From the NCBI GenBank assembly GCA_963736855.1, contig CAVTQK010000021.1, forward strand, positions 753,929 to 817,928: 64,000 nucleotides of DNA. The letters are read 5' to 3'. The DNA is from an uncultured delta proteobacterium (GTDB taxonomy: Bacteria; Desulfobacterota; Desulfobacteria; Desulfobacterales; UBA2156). This document shows, piece after piece, positions 18,932 through 29,900 of this stretch. The number at the start of each line of letters is the position of its first letter. The stretch's first letter is position 1. The position numbers were made by a program, and so were the translations under genes. The notes below the pieces were generated by a model. That model was not told the origin of the DNA. It worked only from the letters and a program-made list of their open reading frames with translations, and ran no database searches.

Positions 18932-20284
18932 TCAGGATCTCAAAACCGCCTTCATGCCTGCGGCGCATGCCTGCACTACGGATTCGGCGATGTCGATGGG
19001 CCCGGTGGCCCCTCCGCACAGGTAAATCCCCGGTACAGAAGTCTCCAGGGGAGCTGTCAGCGGGTCTTTTTCCCTGAAATATCCCAGATGATCCAGCTCG
19101 ATGTTCAAAACCTTGGCAATTTTTTCGTTTCTCTCACTGGGAATAATCCCGGTGGAAAGAACGAGCAACTCCACCTCATGGGTTTCGATCTTTCCGGTTT
19201 CCAGATTTTCATACCGGACAATCAGATTCTTCGTTTGAGAATCCTCCCGGACCTGATACGGCCGGCCACGGACATAACGGACGCCGTTGTCGATGGCCTT
19301 TCGATAAAATTCCCAGAAGTTTTTCCCATAGGCTTTCAGGTCGTTGTAAAAAACAACGGCCTCGACGGATGCGTCGTGCTCTTTGGTGATGATGACCTGC
19401 TTTGTAGCAATCATGCAGCAGATCTTGGAACAGTAGGGAACCCCTTTTCCTTCCGCCAGCCCCCGGCCGGCGCATTGAACCCAGGCGATCTTCTTGGCAT
19501 GGCGCCTGTCAGAGGGGCGGATGATCTCTCCGGCGGTGGGACCTCCGGCGTTCATCAGGCGTTCGAACTGCATGCCGGTTATGACGTTGTCGTAAATGCC
19601 GTAGCCAAGCAGGTCGCCGGCAGGCTTGGCGTCGGCAATCCCGGTTGCCACCACGATGCTCTTGACCTCCAACGCGAAGTTCTTGCTGGATTGCCAGAGC
19701 ATGATCGCCTTCTTCCCTTCTTTCTCACAAGCCTTGACGCATAGGGCGATGGGGCACTCCCGGCACTGACTACAGTCCACGGCACAGCCGCCGATGCAGG
19801 CCCCGGCGGCTCGCATCTCTCCAGACCGGCATGCCAGGTCCACGGACACCACGTTGGGGACCGCCTGGGGAAAAGCCATATGGATGAGTTTTCGTTTTCC
19901 GCCGATCTTTCCGTCCATTTCGTCGCGAATGCTCACCGGACATGCTTCCACGCAGGCGCCGCATCCGGTGCATTTTTCTTCGTCCACATATTTGGGCTTC
20001 TTGACCAGCCGGACTTCAAACCTGTTGTTTTTGGCCTTAACCTTTTTGACTTCCGTACTGGTGAGGATCTCGATATTTTCCTGGTTGTCGGCATCGTACA
20101 TCTGAGGCGCCTCGATACAGATGGAACAATCGTTGGTCGGAAAGGTCTTATCCAGGCGCGCCATCATTCCGCCGATACTGGGCGTGTCGTCCACCAGGTA
20201 AACTTTACTGCCGTATTTGGCGGCGTTCAGGGCACAATTGATTCCGGCAATCCCCGCCCCGATGATCAGGATCGCATCGCTCAT
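18932..20284 (-). CDS. hdrA: HdrA-like flavoprotein lacking the N-terminal domain (QmoA-like architecture)
   Basis: GAGIAG, LDKTFPTNDCSIC, FERLMNAGGPT, YCSKICCM. Confidence 0.9.
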   Translation of the reverse strand: MSDAILIIGAGIAGINCALNAAKYGSKVYLVDDTPSIGGMMARLDKTFPTNDCSICIEAPQMYDADNQENIEILTSTEVKKVKAKNNRFEVRLVKKPKYVDEEKCTGCGACVEACPVSIRDEMDGKIGGKRKLIHMAFPQAVPNVVSVDLACRSGEMRAAGACIGGCAVDCSQCRECPIALCVKACEKEGKKAIMLWQSSKNFALEVKSIVVATGIADAKPAGDLLGYGIYDNVITGMQFERLMNAGGPTAGEIIRPSDRRHAKKIAWVQCAGRGLAEGKGVPYCSKICCMIATKQVIITKEHDASVEAVVFYNDLKAYGKNFWEFYRKAIDNGVRYVRGRPYQVREDSQTKNLIVRYENLETGKIETHEVELLVLSTGIIPSERNEKIAKVLNIELDHLGYFREKDPLTAPLETSVPGIYLCGGATGPIDIAESVVQACAAGMKAVLRS

Positions 20285-20302
20285 GACATCACCTTATGAA
20301 TT

Positions 20303-20512
20303 TTAGATTTCCGTGATGATAACGGCCTTAGACTTGCACACCGCCTCGCAGGTGCGGCACCCCAGGCAATTCTGCGGTCTCACGGGGTAGGCCTTGATGG
20401 AAAAATCGAAGACTTCGGCGGGGCAAATCTTGATGCACTCCTCGCAACCGTCACATCGATCGGGATCCACATGGATCAGGTAGACTTCAAAATCCCGGAA
20501 TTGCTTTGCCAT
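20303..20512 (-). CDS. 2x[4Fe-4S] ferredoxin
   Basis: CDGCEECIKICP, CLGCRTCEAVC. Confidence 0.9.
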   Translation of the reverse strand: MAKQFRDFEVYLIHVDPDRCDGCEECIKICPAEVFDFSIKAYPVRPQNCLGCRTCEAVCKSKAVIITEI

Positions 20513-20525
20513 GACGAGGATCGTT

Positions 20526-20948
20526 TTATCTTCCCTCGAGCTCTTTCCACTTGTAGTCGATGAGTTCCAAAAGGACGCCGCTCATCTTCTTGGGATGGAT
20601 GAAGGCAAACTCGCAGTCGCGGAAAGGCCGGGCACCGCCGATGAAGGGGTAATCCTTCCCTTTCAGTTCTTCCATGGCCTTTCGGGTGTTATCCACGTTC
20701 AGGCTGATCAGCATAATCCCTTCACCCCGCTTCTCGATGAACTTGGCCACATCACCATCCGGCGTGGTGGATTCCATGAGCTCGAAGCCGACTTCTCCCA
20801 CCCAGTATCGGGCTACTTTGATCTTTTCGGATTCGTCGATGTACTCGTCGTCCGGTTTCGTTTTCCCCAGGACCGGTTCCCAGATCTTGCGGGCCTGGTC
20901 CAGGTTTTTGACCGCAACACAGATATGGTCGATCTTGTTGGCTTTCAC
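20526..20948 (-). CDS. VOC-family (methylmalonyl-CoA epimerase-like) protein
   Basis: IDHICVAV, ELME, FIHPK..GVLLELI; GTG 20948 has GGGAGG RBS. Confidence 0.85.
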   Translation of the reverse strand: MKANKIDHICVAVKNLDQARKIWEPVLGKTKPDDEYIDESEKIKVARYWVGEVGFELMESTTPDGDVAKFIEKRGEGIMLISLNVDNTRKAMEELKGKDYPFIGGARPFRDCEFAFIHPKKMSGVLLELIDYKWKELEGR

Positions 20949-21063
20949 CGGTTCCTCCCATTGTTTCATAAAAATGTTTTCAATCCTAAAGGGCCGGGGA
21001 GTCGAGTGTCGGAAAACTGCTTCCACTCTATCCCTGGAACTCCTTACCCCTTGAACCCTTTTC

Positions 21064-21270
21064 TTAAAACGTCACCTTGGTAAGGGGTATCGTGATGGCT
21101 TTGTCCGGGCAGACGCACCCGCATTCGTTGCAATCTTCGCATAAGAACTCCGTCACCACCACGCGATCTCCCTGGACCCGGATTGCATGATCCGGGCATA
21201 TCTCCACACACAGCGGTTGGGTAAAACCGCCGCACATGGTGCACTTGTCCAAATCGACTTGGGCTGCCAT
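21064..21270 (-). CDS. Ferredoxin
   Basis: CTMC...PLCVEICP, CEDCNECGCVCP. Confidence 0.88.
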   Translation of the reverse strand: MAAQVDLDKCTMCGGFTQPLCVEICPDHAIRVQGDRVVVTEFLCEDCNECGCVCPDKAITIPLTKVTF

Positions 21271-21281
21271 AACCAGTTCTC

Positions 21282-21812
21282 CTATTTTTCTTTTTTGTAC
21301 AGTCGAATCTGCCACATCCCCTCTCCCCGGGGAATGGCCTTCTGGACTTCGATATCCAGCGAAATATTGAAGAAAACACTCACATCTTCCAGGATGGATC
21401 TGAGCATTCTCTCCCTGCAAAGGGCGACTTCCTGCATGGGGACACCGAACTCCTTAGCCCAGGTGGGCCAGGGATCCCGGGTACAGCGTATGAACACTTC
21501 CGACGGCTTTTCCCCTTTCTCCGCGGTGGCCACACCGCCGTCCACCACCCAGAGATCCGCCAGAGACCGTCCCAGAGTCAGCATGAAGGCTGCTTCCCCT
21601 TTGAGCCAGTTGAGCCGCGGCAGTAACGCTTTCCCGATGTCTTTTCCGAAGATTTCCGCGGCCTTCAGACCCACATCGAGGGGTTTCACGCCGTCCCCGG
21701 CAATTTCCAGCGCCGTATGGCGCCAGCGGTAATAGGTTTTCCCGATTTCACCCTGGGCGGCGCGAAGGCCGCTCAAGAATTTTCCAATCTCTTTTTCCGC
21801 ATCGAATTGCAT
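21282..21812 (-). CDS. Hypothetical protein, V4R/ATC-hydrolase-like fold
   Basis: GGAGG RBS; CTRDPW..C..IPRG pattern. Confidence 0.6.
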   Translation of the reverse strand: MQFDAEKEIGKFLSGLRAAQGEIGKTYYRWRHTALEIAGDGVKPLDVGLKAAEIFGKDIGKALLPRLNWLKGEAAFMLTLGRSLADLWVVDGGVATAEKGEKPSEVFIRCTRDPWPTWAKEFGVPMQEVALCRERMLRSILEDVSVFFNISLDIEVQKAIPRGEGMWQIRLYKKEK

Positions 21813-21825
21813 GGCTGACCTCCTC

Positions 21826-23808
21826 TTATATCCTTATCCCGATCCGGTAACCGTCATGTACCGCACTGGACAGGTTTCGGGGAACCAGCGCATCCCCGAT
21901 GACGAAAAGCTCGATTCCTTCGGCCTGTACGGCTTTCTTAAGGGCTTCGTTTGCCGCACGATCGCTATTCACAATCGTGTCGCATGCTATCGGAATCCGG
22001 TAGCCGTCGTAGGTACGAATGATAATCCCCTCCGGTGTGATGGTTTCGATCTCGCAATCATTGTAGGCTTTGATTCCGTTTTGGCGCAGGTAAATCATGT
22101 AACGCCACTTGAAAGAAGGATTGACGTCGAACCCTGCGGTCTTTTCCTTGCCTACGAGGGTCACCTTCTTTCCCTGCTTGGTCAGATACAGAGCACATCC
22201 GATTCCGGGCTTGCGGTTTCCCCAAATCACCACATTCTCGCCGACCTGAGCCTTCCCGCTCATCACATCCAAAAGATGGACCACGTTCTTTTGGGAACCA
22301 CCCGGCAAATCCGGATAAATCGGTCCGGTGGCCAGCACCACCGTATCAGGCATTACGTCGGAAATCATCTCTTCGGTGACCGCTGTTCCCAGATGAAAGG
22401 TTACACCGGCCAGCTCGCACATCTTTTTCTGGTACGCTGCGCAGGTCCACAATTCATCATCGCCATAGGGAGCTTTCCGGGCCTCGTTGAGGGTACCGCC
22501 GATAGTGTCCCGCTTATCGTAAACGTGAACCTCATGGCCGCGACTGGCCGCCATATAGGCGCATTCAAGGCCGGCCGGCCCGGCGCCCACGATCATGACT
22601 TCCTTTTTATCTTCCGCAGGCTTGGGATTCGTGAATTCCGGGTTCGATTCATGGGCACATATAGGATTTATATAGCAGGTCATGGGTGCATCCCGGAACA
22701 GTCGGGACAGGCAGAGGTTGCAAGCCACGCAGTGCCGGATTTCATCCTCTCTCCCTTCCAGAACCTTTTTGGGCATCAAGGGATCGGCGATCATGGATCG
22801 GCACATCTCCCATATGTCGAGTTCACCGGCGCCGATGGCCTTGTTCGGCAGGTCCGGTTTGAATAGGCGATAAGCCATCTGAACCGGGATTTTAACATGT
22901 TCCTTGGCCCGCTTGGCCAGATGGATCCAGTTCCCCATGGGTATATCGCGACTGATGACCGGTTGAATGGACTCCTGCCAGCCGAGGGTGACGCTGATGT
23001 AGTCCGCTCCGGCCTCTTCGGCAATTTTATAAGTTTCCATGGACTCCTGGGGCGTGTTCCCCCGTACATCGTCAAGGAGTTCTTCGGAGCATAGTCGGAT
23101 TCCCAAAGGAACATCCGGGCCGCAAACCGCCTTGACGCCCTGGATGATCTCCACCACCGCCCGCATCCGACCCCGGATGTCTCCGCCGTATTCGTCGGTG
23201 CGTCGGTTGGTGTAGCTGGAAATGAAGTTGGAGATGAGGTAACCGACGATACCCGAGATCTCCATAATGTCGAATCCGGCCTCGATTCCTCTGCGGGCCG
23301 CATCAATGTGCTGCCGGATCATCTCCTTGATCTCCGCCTTGGTCATCTCCTTCATGGGTCTGAAGATGCGCAAGCGCTGGGGAACCGCCGAGGGTCCGTG
23401 CCCGTGCGGCACATCCACGGCGCCTACCCTGCCGCAGTCCATCAATTGAAAACCAACCACGGCTTTCTGCTCGTGAACGGCATCGGCAATACGCTTCAGT
23501 CCCGGAACAAACTTGTCGTCCCAGCAGGCCGCCTGTCCCACATAACCCTGACCTTGCCGCTTTGCATCCATGTAAACGCCCTGCATGAAGCATAGGCCTC
23601 CCACCACGCCCTTGGCGCGCTCACGCATATAGGCCACCCCCGAATCGGTTACGAACCCATCATGCGCATTCAGATTTTCTTCCGTTGCGGCATATTTGAT
23701 CCGGTTGGGCACGATGAGATTGCCGATCCGGATCGGTTTGAACAGGTGGGGGTAGGTTTTTGCCCCCGGGTACGACGAATAGTCCCACTCAAACAGTTGC
23801 TTCGCCAT
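21826..23808 (-). CDS. Old yellow enzyme FMN/[4Fe-4S]/FAD reductase resembling 2-naphthoyl-CoA reductase (class III aryl-CoA reductase clade)
   Basis: NRIKYAATE, GQGYVG, EISGIVGY in place of the usual HxxH, CVACNLC..C, GAGPAG; NCR similarity is from recollection. Confidence 0.75.
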   Translation of the reverse strand: MAKQLFEWDYSSYPGAKTYPHLFKPIRIGNLIVPNRIKYAATEENLNAHDGFVTDSGVAYMRERAKGVVGGLCFMQGVYMDAKRQGQGYVGQAACWDDKFVPGLKRIADAVHEQKAVVGFQLMDCGRVGAVDVPHGHGPSAVPQRLRIFRPMKEMTKAEIKEMIRQHIDAARRGIEAGFDIMEISGIVGYLISNFISSYTNRRTDEYGGDIRGRMRAVVEIIQGVKAVCGPDVPLGIRLCSEELLDDVRGNTPQESMETYKIAEEAGADYISVTLGWQESIQPVISRDIPMGNWIHLAKRAKEHVKIPVQMAYRLFKPDLPNKAIGAGELDIWEMCRSMIADPLMPKKVLEGREDEIRHCVACNLCLSRLFRDAPMTCYINPICAHESNPEFTNPKPAEDKKEVMIVGAGPAGLECAYMAASRGHEVHVYDKRDTIGGTLNEARKAPYGDDELWTCAAYQKKMCELAGVTFHLGTAVTEEMISDVMPDTVVLATGPIYPDLPGGSQKNVVHLLDVMSGKAQVGENVVIWGNRKPGIGCALYLTKQGKKVTLVGKEKTAGFDVNPSFKWRYMIYLRQNGIKAYNDCEIETITPEGIIIRTYDGYRIPIACDTIVNSDRAANEALKKAVQAEGIELFVIGDALVPRNLSSAVHDGYRIGIRI

Positions 23809-23891
23809 CGGTCAGCCCTCCTACTTTGATAATTCCTGGAATCCATTGTTTCACTGAAACGTTATCGAAAAGCCCAAGTCTTGGTTAATAT

Positions 23892-24575
23892 CTATGCTTC
23901 GTTACCATGCTTTATGCCTGCGGGCGTCTGGGTTGCCTCGGCTAATAGAGTCCTCACCGGTAAAGCCGGATCGTTTTCCCGGGTTGTAAACGCACTCACC
24001 ATCAGGTCAAACGTCTCTTCAAGATTTTCAAAGAGGCTGTATTTCCGATCCCTCAACAGCCATAAGGTGATGATATGTTCCATGGTGCCAATAAAAATGT
24101 TGCGGGCAATGCGCGGATTGATATGCGACCGCATCTCGCCGGTGCGCTTGCCCTCCTCGAAAATCTCAAGCAGGTAAGCATACAGCACCTTCACGTTGGA
24201 ATAGACCTCGGTCTGCATAAAATTGGCATTGGTCTTTAGAAAAAGGTACACAATCTTGGCATCCAGCGGCGACTCCTCAATTCGGCGGAAGTACCACCAG
24301 AGATACTTCCTCAGTTTGTTAACGGCTCCCTTGATTCCGAAAAGCTGCCGTTCGAGGTCTTCAATAAGTTCGGATACCCACATATCCGGTATGGTTAAAA
24401 GCAGGTCTTCTTTGCCCTGGAAATACTCATAAAGCGCCGCCTCGGATAATTCCGCCTGTTTGGAGATATCCGCAATGGTGGTTTTGAGATACCCCTGGTC
24501 GGCAAATAGCGTTTTTGCGGCATCGATGATTCGATTTTTGGTGGATTCTTTTTTATTTTTCGGGGATTTTGCCAT
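23892..24575 (-). CDS. TetR/AcrR family regulator
   Basis: AKTLFADQGY..TTIADI..ALYEYF..KEDLL. Confidence 0.92.
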   Translation of the reverse strand: MAKSPKNKKESTKNRIIDAAKTLFADQGYLKTTIADISKQAELSEAALYEYFQGKEDLLLTIPDMWVSELIEDLERQLFGIKGAVNKLRKYLWWYFRRIEESPLDAKIVYLFLKTNANFMQTEVYSNVKVLYAYLLEIFEEGKRTGEMRSHINPRIARNIFIGTMEHIITLWLLRDRKYSLFENLEETFDLMVSAFTTRENDPALPVRTLLAEATQTPAGIKHGNEA

Positions 24576-25002
24576 AATCCTAATATAGTTTTATAAAAAG
24601 ATTGTATTAAAGTTTAACTCAATTCAAGATATTGTAAATATTATAATTTATTGTCCTAATACCGTTAGAATATTTTTATAATTGTCCCTAATGAATTGGT
24701 TATAGCCCATGAGGTCACCGGTCAACAACGGTAGTTATTTGGATTTTCCGGATAAAATATTGTATTTCATTTTGCTATTTTACTTTAAATAACTAATTGT
24801 TTTTATTTGATATATATATTTTATTAACCCATGTTTTTTAAATTTTCGAATAACATTAGGTCTTTTTATTGTCAAGAAAAAACCGTCGGCAGTCCGATCC
24901 TTCGGAGGAATTGATTGTTGTGTTCAACGATCCTTTTTGATATCCCAACGCAAGCGCGCGACCCGTTGTTATCCAATTATCAACGAAGGAAAAGCATCAA
25001 CG

Positions 25003-25596
25003 ATGAAGACCATCTTGGCAATTTATGGAAGTCCCCGCCGAAAGGGAAACACTTCCTCCCTCCTGAAGCGGGCCGTGGAAGGCGCGCTTCAGGCAGGCGC
25101 TCAGGTGGAAGAAGTGGTCCTTCGGGATCTTAAAATATCACCCTGCCTGGAAATTTACGGCTGCAGAAAAACCGGACGGTGCGCCATCCAGGATGACTTT
25201 CAGGGGCTTTATGACCGTCTGCTGGCATGCGACGGCCTCATGCTGGCAAGCCCCATTTTCTTTTACACCGTCAGCGCCCATACCAAAATTCTCATGGACC
25301 GTTGTCAATCCTTATGGGTCAAGAAATACTGGGTCGACAAGAACCCCTTTTCACCTAAAATCGTGAAGCGAAAAGGTCTGTTTATCGCTGTGGGGGCTAC
25401 ACGCGGAAAAAAGCTTTTTGATGGAGCACTTCTGACGGTCCGTTACTTTTTCGACACCTTCGACGCCGAACTGTGGCAATCGCTTTTGTATCGGGGACTC
25501 GATTTTGAAGGTGATATTCTCAAACATCCCGAATACCTTCAAGAGGCCTATTCTTCCGGACAGGCACTAGCCCAAGCTGAGGCGTGCATCATTTGA
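25003..25596 (+). CDS. Flavodoxin-like iron-sulfur flavoprotein / FMN reductase
   Basis: GSPRRKGNT, PCL...C....C..DD, SPIFF. Confidence 0.88.
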   Translation: MKTILAIYGSPRRKGNTSSLLKRAVEGALQAGAQVEEVVLRDLKISPCLEIYGCRKTGRCAIQDDFQGLYDRLLACDGLMLASPIFFYTVSAHTKILMDRCQSLWVKKYWVDKNPFSPKIVKRKGLFIAVGATRGKKLFDGALLTVRYFFDTFDAELWQSLLYRGLDFEGDILKHPEYLQEAYSSGQALAQAEACII

Positions 25597-25741
25597 GTAC
25601 TGATTAATAACCAGACTATTTTCTCATAGCAAGAATTTTTTCCAGTGAAATCATATGCATAAGGACAAGAACCGGTTTTGCCGAAAGCCAAAGCAAAACC
25701 TTTTGTTTTAAACTTCCATTCCGACCAGAAAATATGCACTT

Positions 25742-26986
25742 ATGAAGATTAACAAAGCCGCCTTCGTTGTCGTGATCTTATCGGCTCTTAGTTTACTTGG
25801 ATGGACGATCTACCAAAAACGTGATCGTTTCCGCTCGAGTTTGAATAAAGAACTCCGAAAAGCGCCGGTAACCGTAGAGATCAGCCCTGTCCGAAAGGCC
25901 GACATCCGTGATCGGATTTCATTGACAGGAACCTTACAAGCTTGGTCATCCTGTATCCTTGCCCCGAAAATCGCGGGAAGGCTGGAAAAGATTTGGGTCA
26001 ATATCGGGGACACGGTTAAAGTCGGACAATTGGTGGCGGTCCTGGATGACGAAGAATATCGTCAGCAGGTCAACCAGGCAAGGGCGGAGATGGAAGTGGC
26101 CCAGGCCAATCTCCTGGAGTGGGAAAGCGCTTTGGAGAATGCCAAACGGGAATTTGCGCGAACGGTCGAGCTGAGAAAAAAAAAGATCGCTTCAGAATCC
26201 CAACTCGATGCTTCCGAATCCGAATATAAAACCCAACAAGCCAAGATCAAGGTGGCCCTCGCTCAGGTCGCGCAAAAAAAAGCGGCTTTAAAGGCTGCAG
26301 AGGCACGACTTTCTTATGCTCGGATTCAAATCGGCGAAAATATTGCTTCAAGTTGCCAGGTCGTTGGGGAACGGTTTGTCGACGAAGGATCCATGCTGGC
26401 TCCCAATACACCCATTGTTTCCATTCTGGACATCGGTAAACTCATTGCCGTTGTCCATGTCATCGAACGGGATTACCATAAAGTTCGTACCGGGATGGAG
26501 GCGATAATCACCACGGATGCCCTTCGCGAAATGTCCTTTGCCGGAAAAGTGGCCCGTATTGCCCCGTTGTTGAAGGAACAATCCAGAGAGGCCAGAATTG
26601 AAATCGAAGTCCCGAACGACCGGCTACTCCTCAAACCCGGTATGTTTATCACCGCTGAAATCCTATTCGCCATACATGAAAACGCCACGGTGATACCCAA
26701 TGTCGCTCTGATGAAAAGAGAAGGTCTGCAAGGGGTATTCATTGCCGATCTGAAAGAAAAAAAAGCGCATTTCGTTCCTGTAAAAGTCGGCATCACCGAT
26801 GAAAGCCTTATAGAGATCTTGCAGCCTCCTCTTGCCGGATCCATTGTGACGCTGGGTCAGCATCTGCTGGAAGACGGGGACTCCATAATCGTTCATGAAA
26901 AAGAACCGGTCCAAGACATCATTCAGAAAGGAAATTCCGAAAACATCAGGGAAAATCCACTACCTTCCGGAAAACAACCATCTTGA
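25742..26986 (+). CDS. RND efflux periplasmic adaptor
   Basis: GDTVKVGQ lipoyl motif, coiled coil, LKPGMF. Confidence 0.92.
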   Translation: MKINKAAFVVVILSALSLLGWTIYQKRDRFRSSLNKELRKAPVTVEISPVRKADIRDRISLTGTLQAWSSCILAPKIAGRLEKIWVNIGDTVKVGQLVAVLDDEEYRQQVNQARAEMEVAQANLLEWESALENAKREFARTVELRKKKIASESQLDASESEYKTQQAKIKVALAQVAQKKAALKAAEARLSYARIQIGENIASSCQVVGERFVDEGSMLAPNTPIVSILDIGKLIAVVHVIERDYHKVRTGMEAIITTDALREMSFAGKVARIAPLLKEQSREARIEIEVPNDRLLLKPGMFITAEILFAIHENATVIPNVALMKREGLQGVFIADLKEKKAHFVPVKVGITDESLIEILQPPLAGSIVTLGQHLLEDGDSIIVHEKEPVQDIIQKGNSENIRENPLPSGKQPS

Positions 26987-29900
26987 ATATCGCCCAATTT
27001 TTCATCCGCCGCCCGATCATGACGATCATGTTTTCTTTGATCGTCATTATTTTAGGGAGCGTTTCATTCTATCGCCTAACCATTGATCTCATGCCGGATA
27101 TCACCTATCCGACCCTAAGCATCACTACCGAATACGAAAATTCCGGTCCCGAAGAGGTTGAAGAATTGATCACGCGCCCCGTGGAAGAAGCCATGAGCGC
27201 TGTTCCCGGGGTGGAAGAGGTGACCTCGGTATCCGCAGAGGGAAGAAGCAACGTTCGAGTCACCTTTACCTGGGGAACGGATCTGGACGCAGCGGCAAAT
27301 GATGTTCGGGATCGGTTGGATCGAATCATCCCTGTTCTGCCGGAAGATGCGGAACGGCCTAGTTTAAGAAAATTCGATCTTGCCTCATTCCCGATCCTCA
27401 TTCTCGGTGTTTCCAGTCGGTTGGATCCGATTCAAGTCCGAAGAATCATCGACGACCAGATTAAAAACCGCATCGAACGGATCCCAGGGGTGGCATCTCT
27501 GGACATCCGAGGCGGTCTGAATCGAGAAATCCACATCAACCTGGATGCGGAAAAGGTTAAGGCATTGGGACTCCCTGTGGATCGATTGCTTACCCTTCTC
27601 CAGGAGGAGAACGTCACGATTCCGGCCGGAACGATCGAACAAGGGAACTTTGATATCACGATCCGAACTCCCGGCATTTACAACAACCTGGATGAGTTGC
27701 GGAATACCGTGATCGCTCTTCGGGAAAACGTTCCCATCCAATTGAAAGAAATCGCTACGGTTGAAGATGCTTGGGAAAAAATCACCCGGATTGTCCGAGT
27801 AAACGGTAAACCGGGCGTACGCCTTGCCGTGAACAAGCAATCCGGGAAAAACACGGTAGAGGTGGCTTCAAGTGTCCTTGAGGAAATCACTCGTATTAAT
27901 CAAGATGTTCCTCAACTGCAGATCGTTCCCATCATCGACACCTCTGATTATATCAAGCGTTCCATCACCAATGTCGGCACATCGGCTTTATATGGAGGTG
28001 CGCTTGCCGTATTGGTCCTGCTCTTTTTCTTGAGAAATATCCCCAGCACCGCCATTATCGCAACCACCATTCCCATTTCTGTAGTGGCCACGTTTGGCCT
28101 GATGTATTTTAATGGTTTTACACTGAATTTGATGACGCTGGGCGGGCTCGCACTCGGCGTCGGGATGCTGGTCGATAATGCCATTGTTGTGCTGGAGAAC
28201 ATTTTTCGGCTTCGAGAATCAGGCCAGGATCCGGAATCGGCCGCTATAAACGGAAGCCATGAAGTGGCGGCAGCCGTGATTGCCAGTACGTTAACCACAC
28301 TGGTCGTATTCCTTCCCTTGATCTTTGTTCGTGGGATGTCCGGAATCATGTTCAAGCAGTTGTCCTATGTGGTGAGTTTTTCTCTTGCCTGCTCATTGGC
28401 CGTGGCACTCACCCTCGTCCCGATGCTCTCGTCAAGGGTCCGCGCCCCGGTTATTGACTATTCCAATGGCCGAATCTCCATAAAAAGCCGGATTTTCCAT
28501 ATCACCGGACAATGGTTTGCCGGGATGGAAACCGGCTATCAGAAGGTGTTGCGATATGCATTGGACCATCGATCGTTGATTTTAACGGCAACTTCGGTAT
28601 TGCTGGCTGCTTGTCTCCTTCTGATACCCTTAATCGGCGTCGAATTGATGCCGGCTGTTGATGAGAGCGAGGTTCGGATCTATGCGGAAATGGCTGTCGG
28701 AACGCGTATCGATGTGGTGCACCAGGCGCTTCAAAAAATCGAAGCCATCGTAGAACAGGAAGTGCCTGAAATCCAAAATTCCGTTTCGTTCATCGGTGGG
28801 TCCTCCTGGCGCGCCCGTGGATCCAATACCGGCGAGATGCGAATCGCCCTGCTACCGGTTAAAATGCGAACTCGATCCAGCGAAGAGATTGCCGCTGCAC
28901 TTCGGAAAAAGCTTGGCACCATACCCGGTGCTAAGATCCGGACCCGGGCAGGACAAGGTCTTTTCATTCTCAGGCTCAGCGCCGGGGAGGGAGATCAGAT
29001 TCAATTGGAACTCCGCGGCCATGAGCCAGAAAAGGCGGATATGATAGCCCACATCATTGAAAACATTATCCGCCAGATTCCGGGAATCACCGACACCCAA
29101 ATCAGCAGGGAGATTGGAACTCCGGAAGAGCTCGTCATCATTAACCGTCAAAAGGCCGCGAGCATGAAATTGACGGTATCGAAAATTGCTAATATGCTTC
29201 AAACCATGCTCTCCGGAACGTCTGCGGGAAATTTTCGCGAAGAAGGGAAAGAATATCCGATTCGAGTGAAGTTAAAAGGCGCAGAACAGAAGAGTATCCA
29301 GGAAATTTTGAACCTTCCCATCAACAACTCGGACGGAAACCTTGTTGTGCTTGGAAACGTGGTTGAACTCAAAGATAGAAGCGGACCGATACTCATCGAA
29401 CGTAAAGATCAGGAACGTGTGGTTTACATAACGGCAAACGTCAGCGGCCGGGATATGGGCTCCATTCTTGATGACATCCGCAACGCGATATCCTCCGTTC
29501 CATTACCCAAAGGATTCAGCTTCCATTTTGGAGGTGATTACGAGGAACAGCAGAAATCTTTTCGCGAATTGTTGCTAAGCTTTATTCTGGCCCTGATTCT
29601 GGTATACATGGTGATGGCATGCCTATATGAATCCATCCGTTATCCCTTTGTCGTAATGTTTTCAGTTCCACTGGCCAGTATCGGTGTTATTCTGATGCTT
29701 TTTCTAACCGATACCACATTCAACGTACAGTCCTATATCGGCTGCATCATGCTGGGCGGTATCGTGGTCAACAACGCAATTTTACTCGTGGATCACACCA
29801 ACTTGCTTATACGAAGAGACAGGCTACCTCTCAGAGAAGCCATAGAGGAGGCGGGCAAGAGACGGCTGCGGCCTATTTTAATGACCGCTTTGACGACGAT

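Noticed and set aside
16787-20284. Selenocysteine in HdrA/MvhD
   Set aside because: The ORFs are uninterrupted and have Cys at the relevant motifs.
15059-23595. Long + strand ORFs (e.g. 15681-16631, 18590-19744, 21811-22866)
   Set aside because: Antisense shadows of GC-rich real genes with no motifs; the same applies to 35499-36788, 39790-40812 and 48673-49611.
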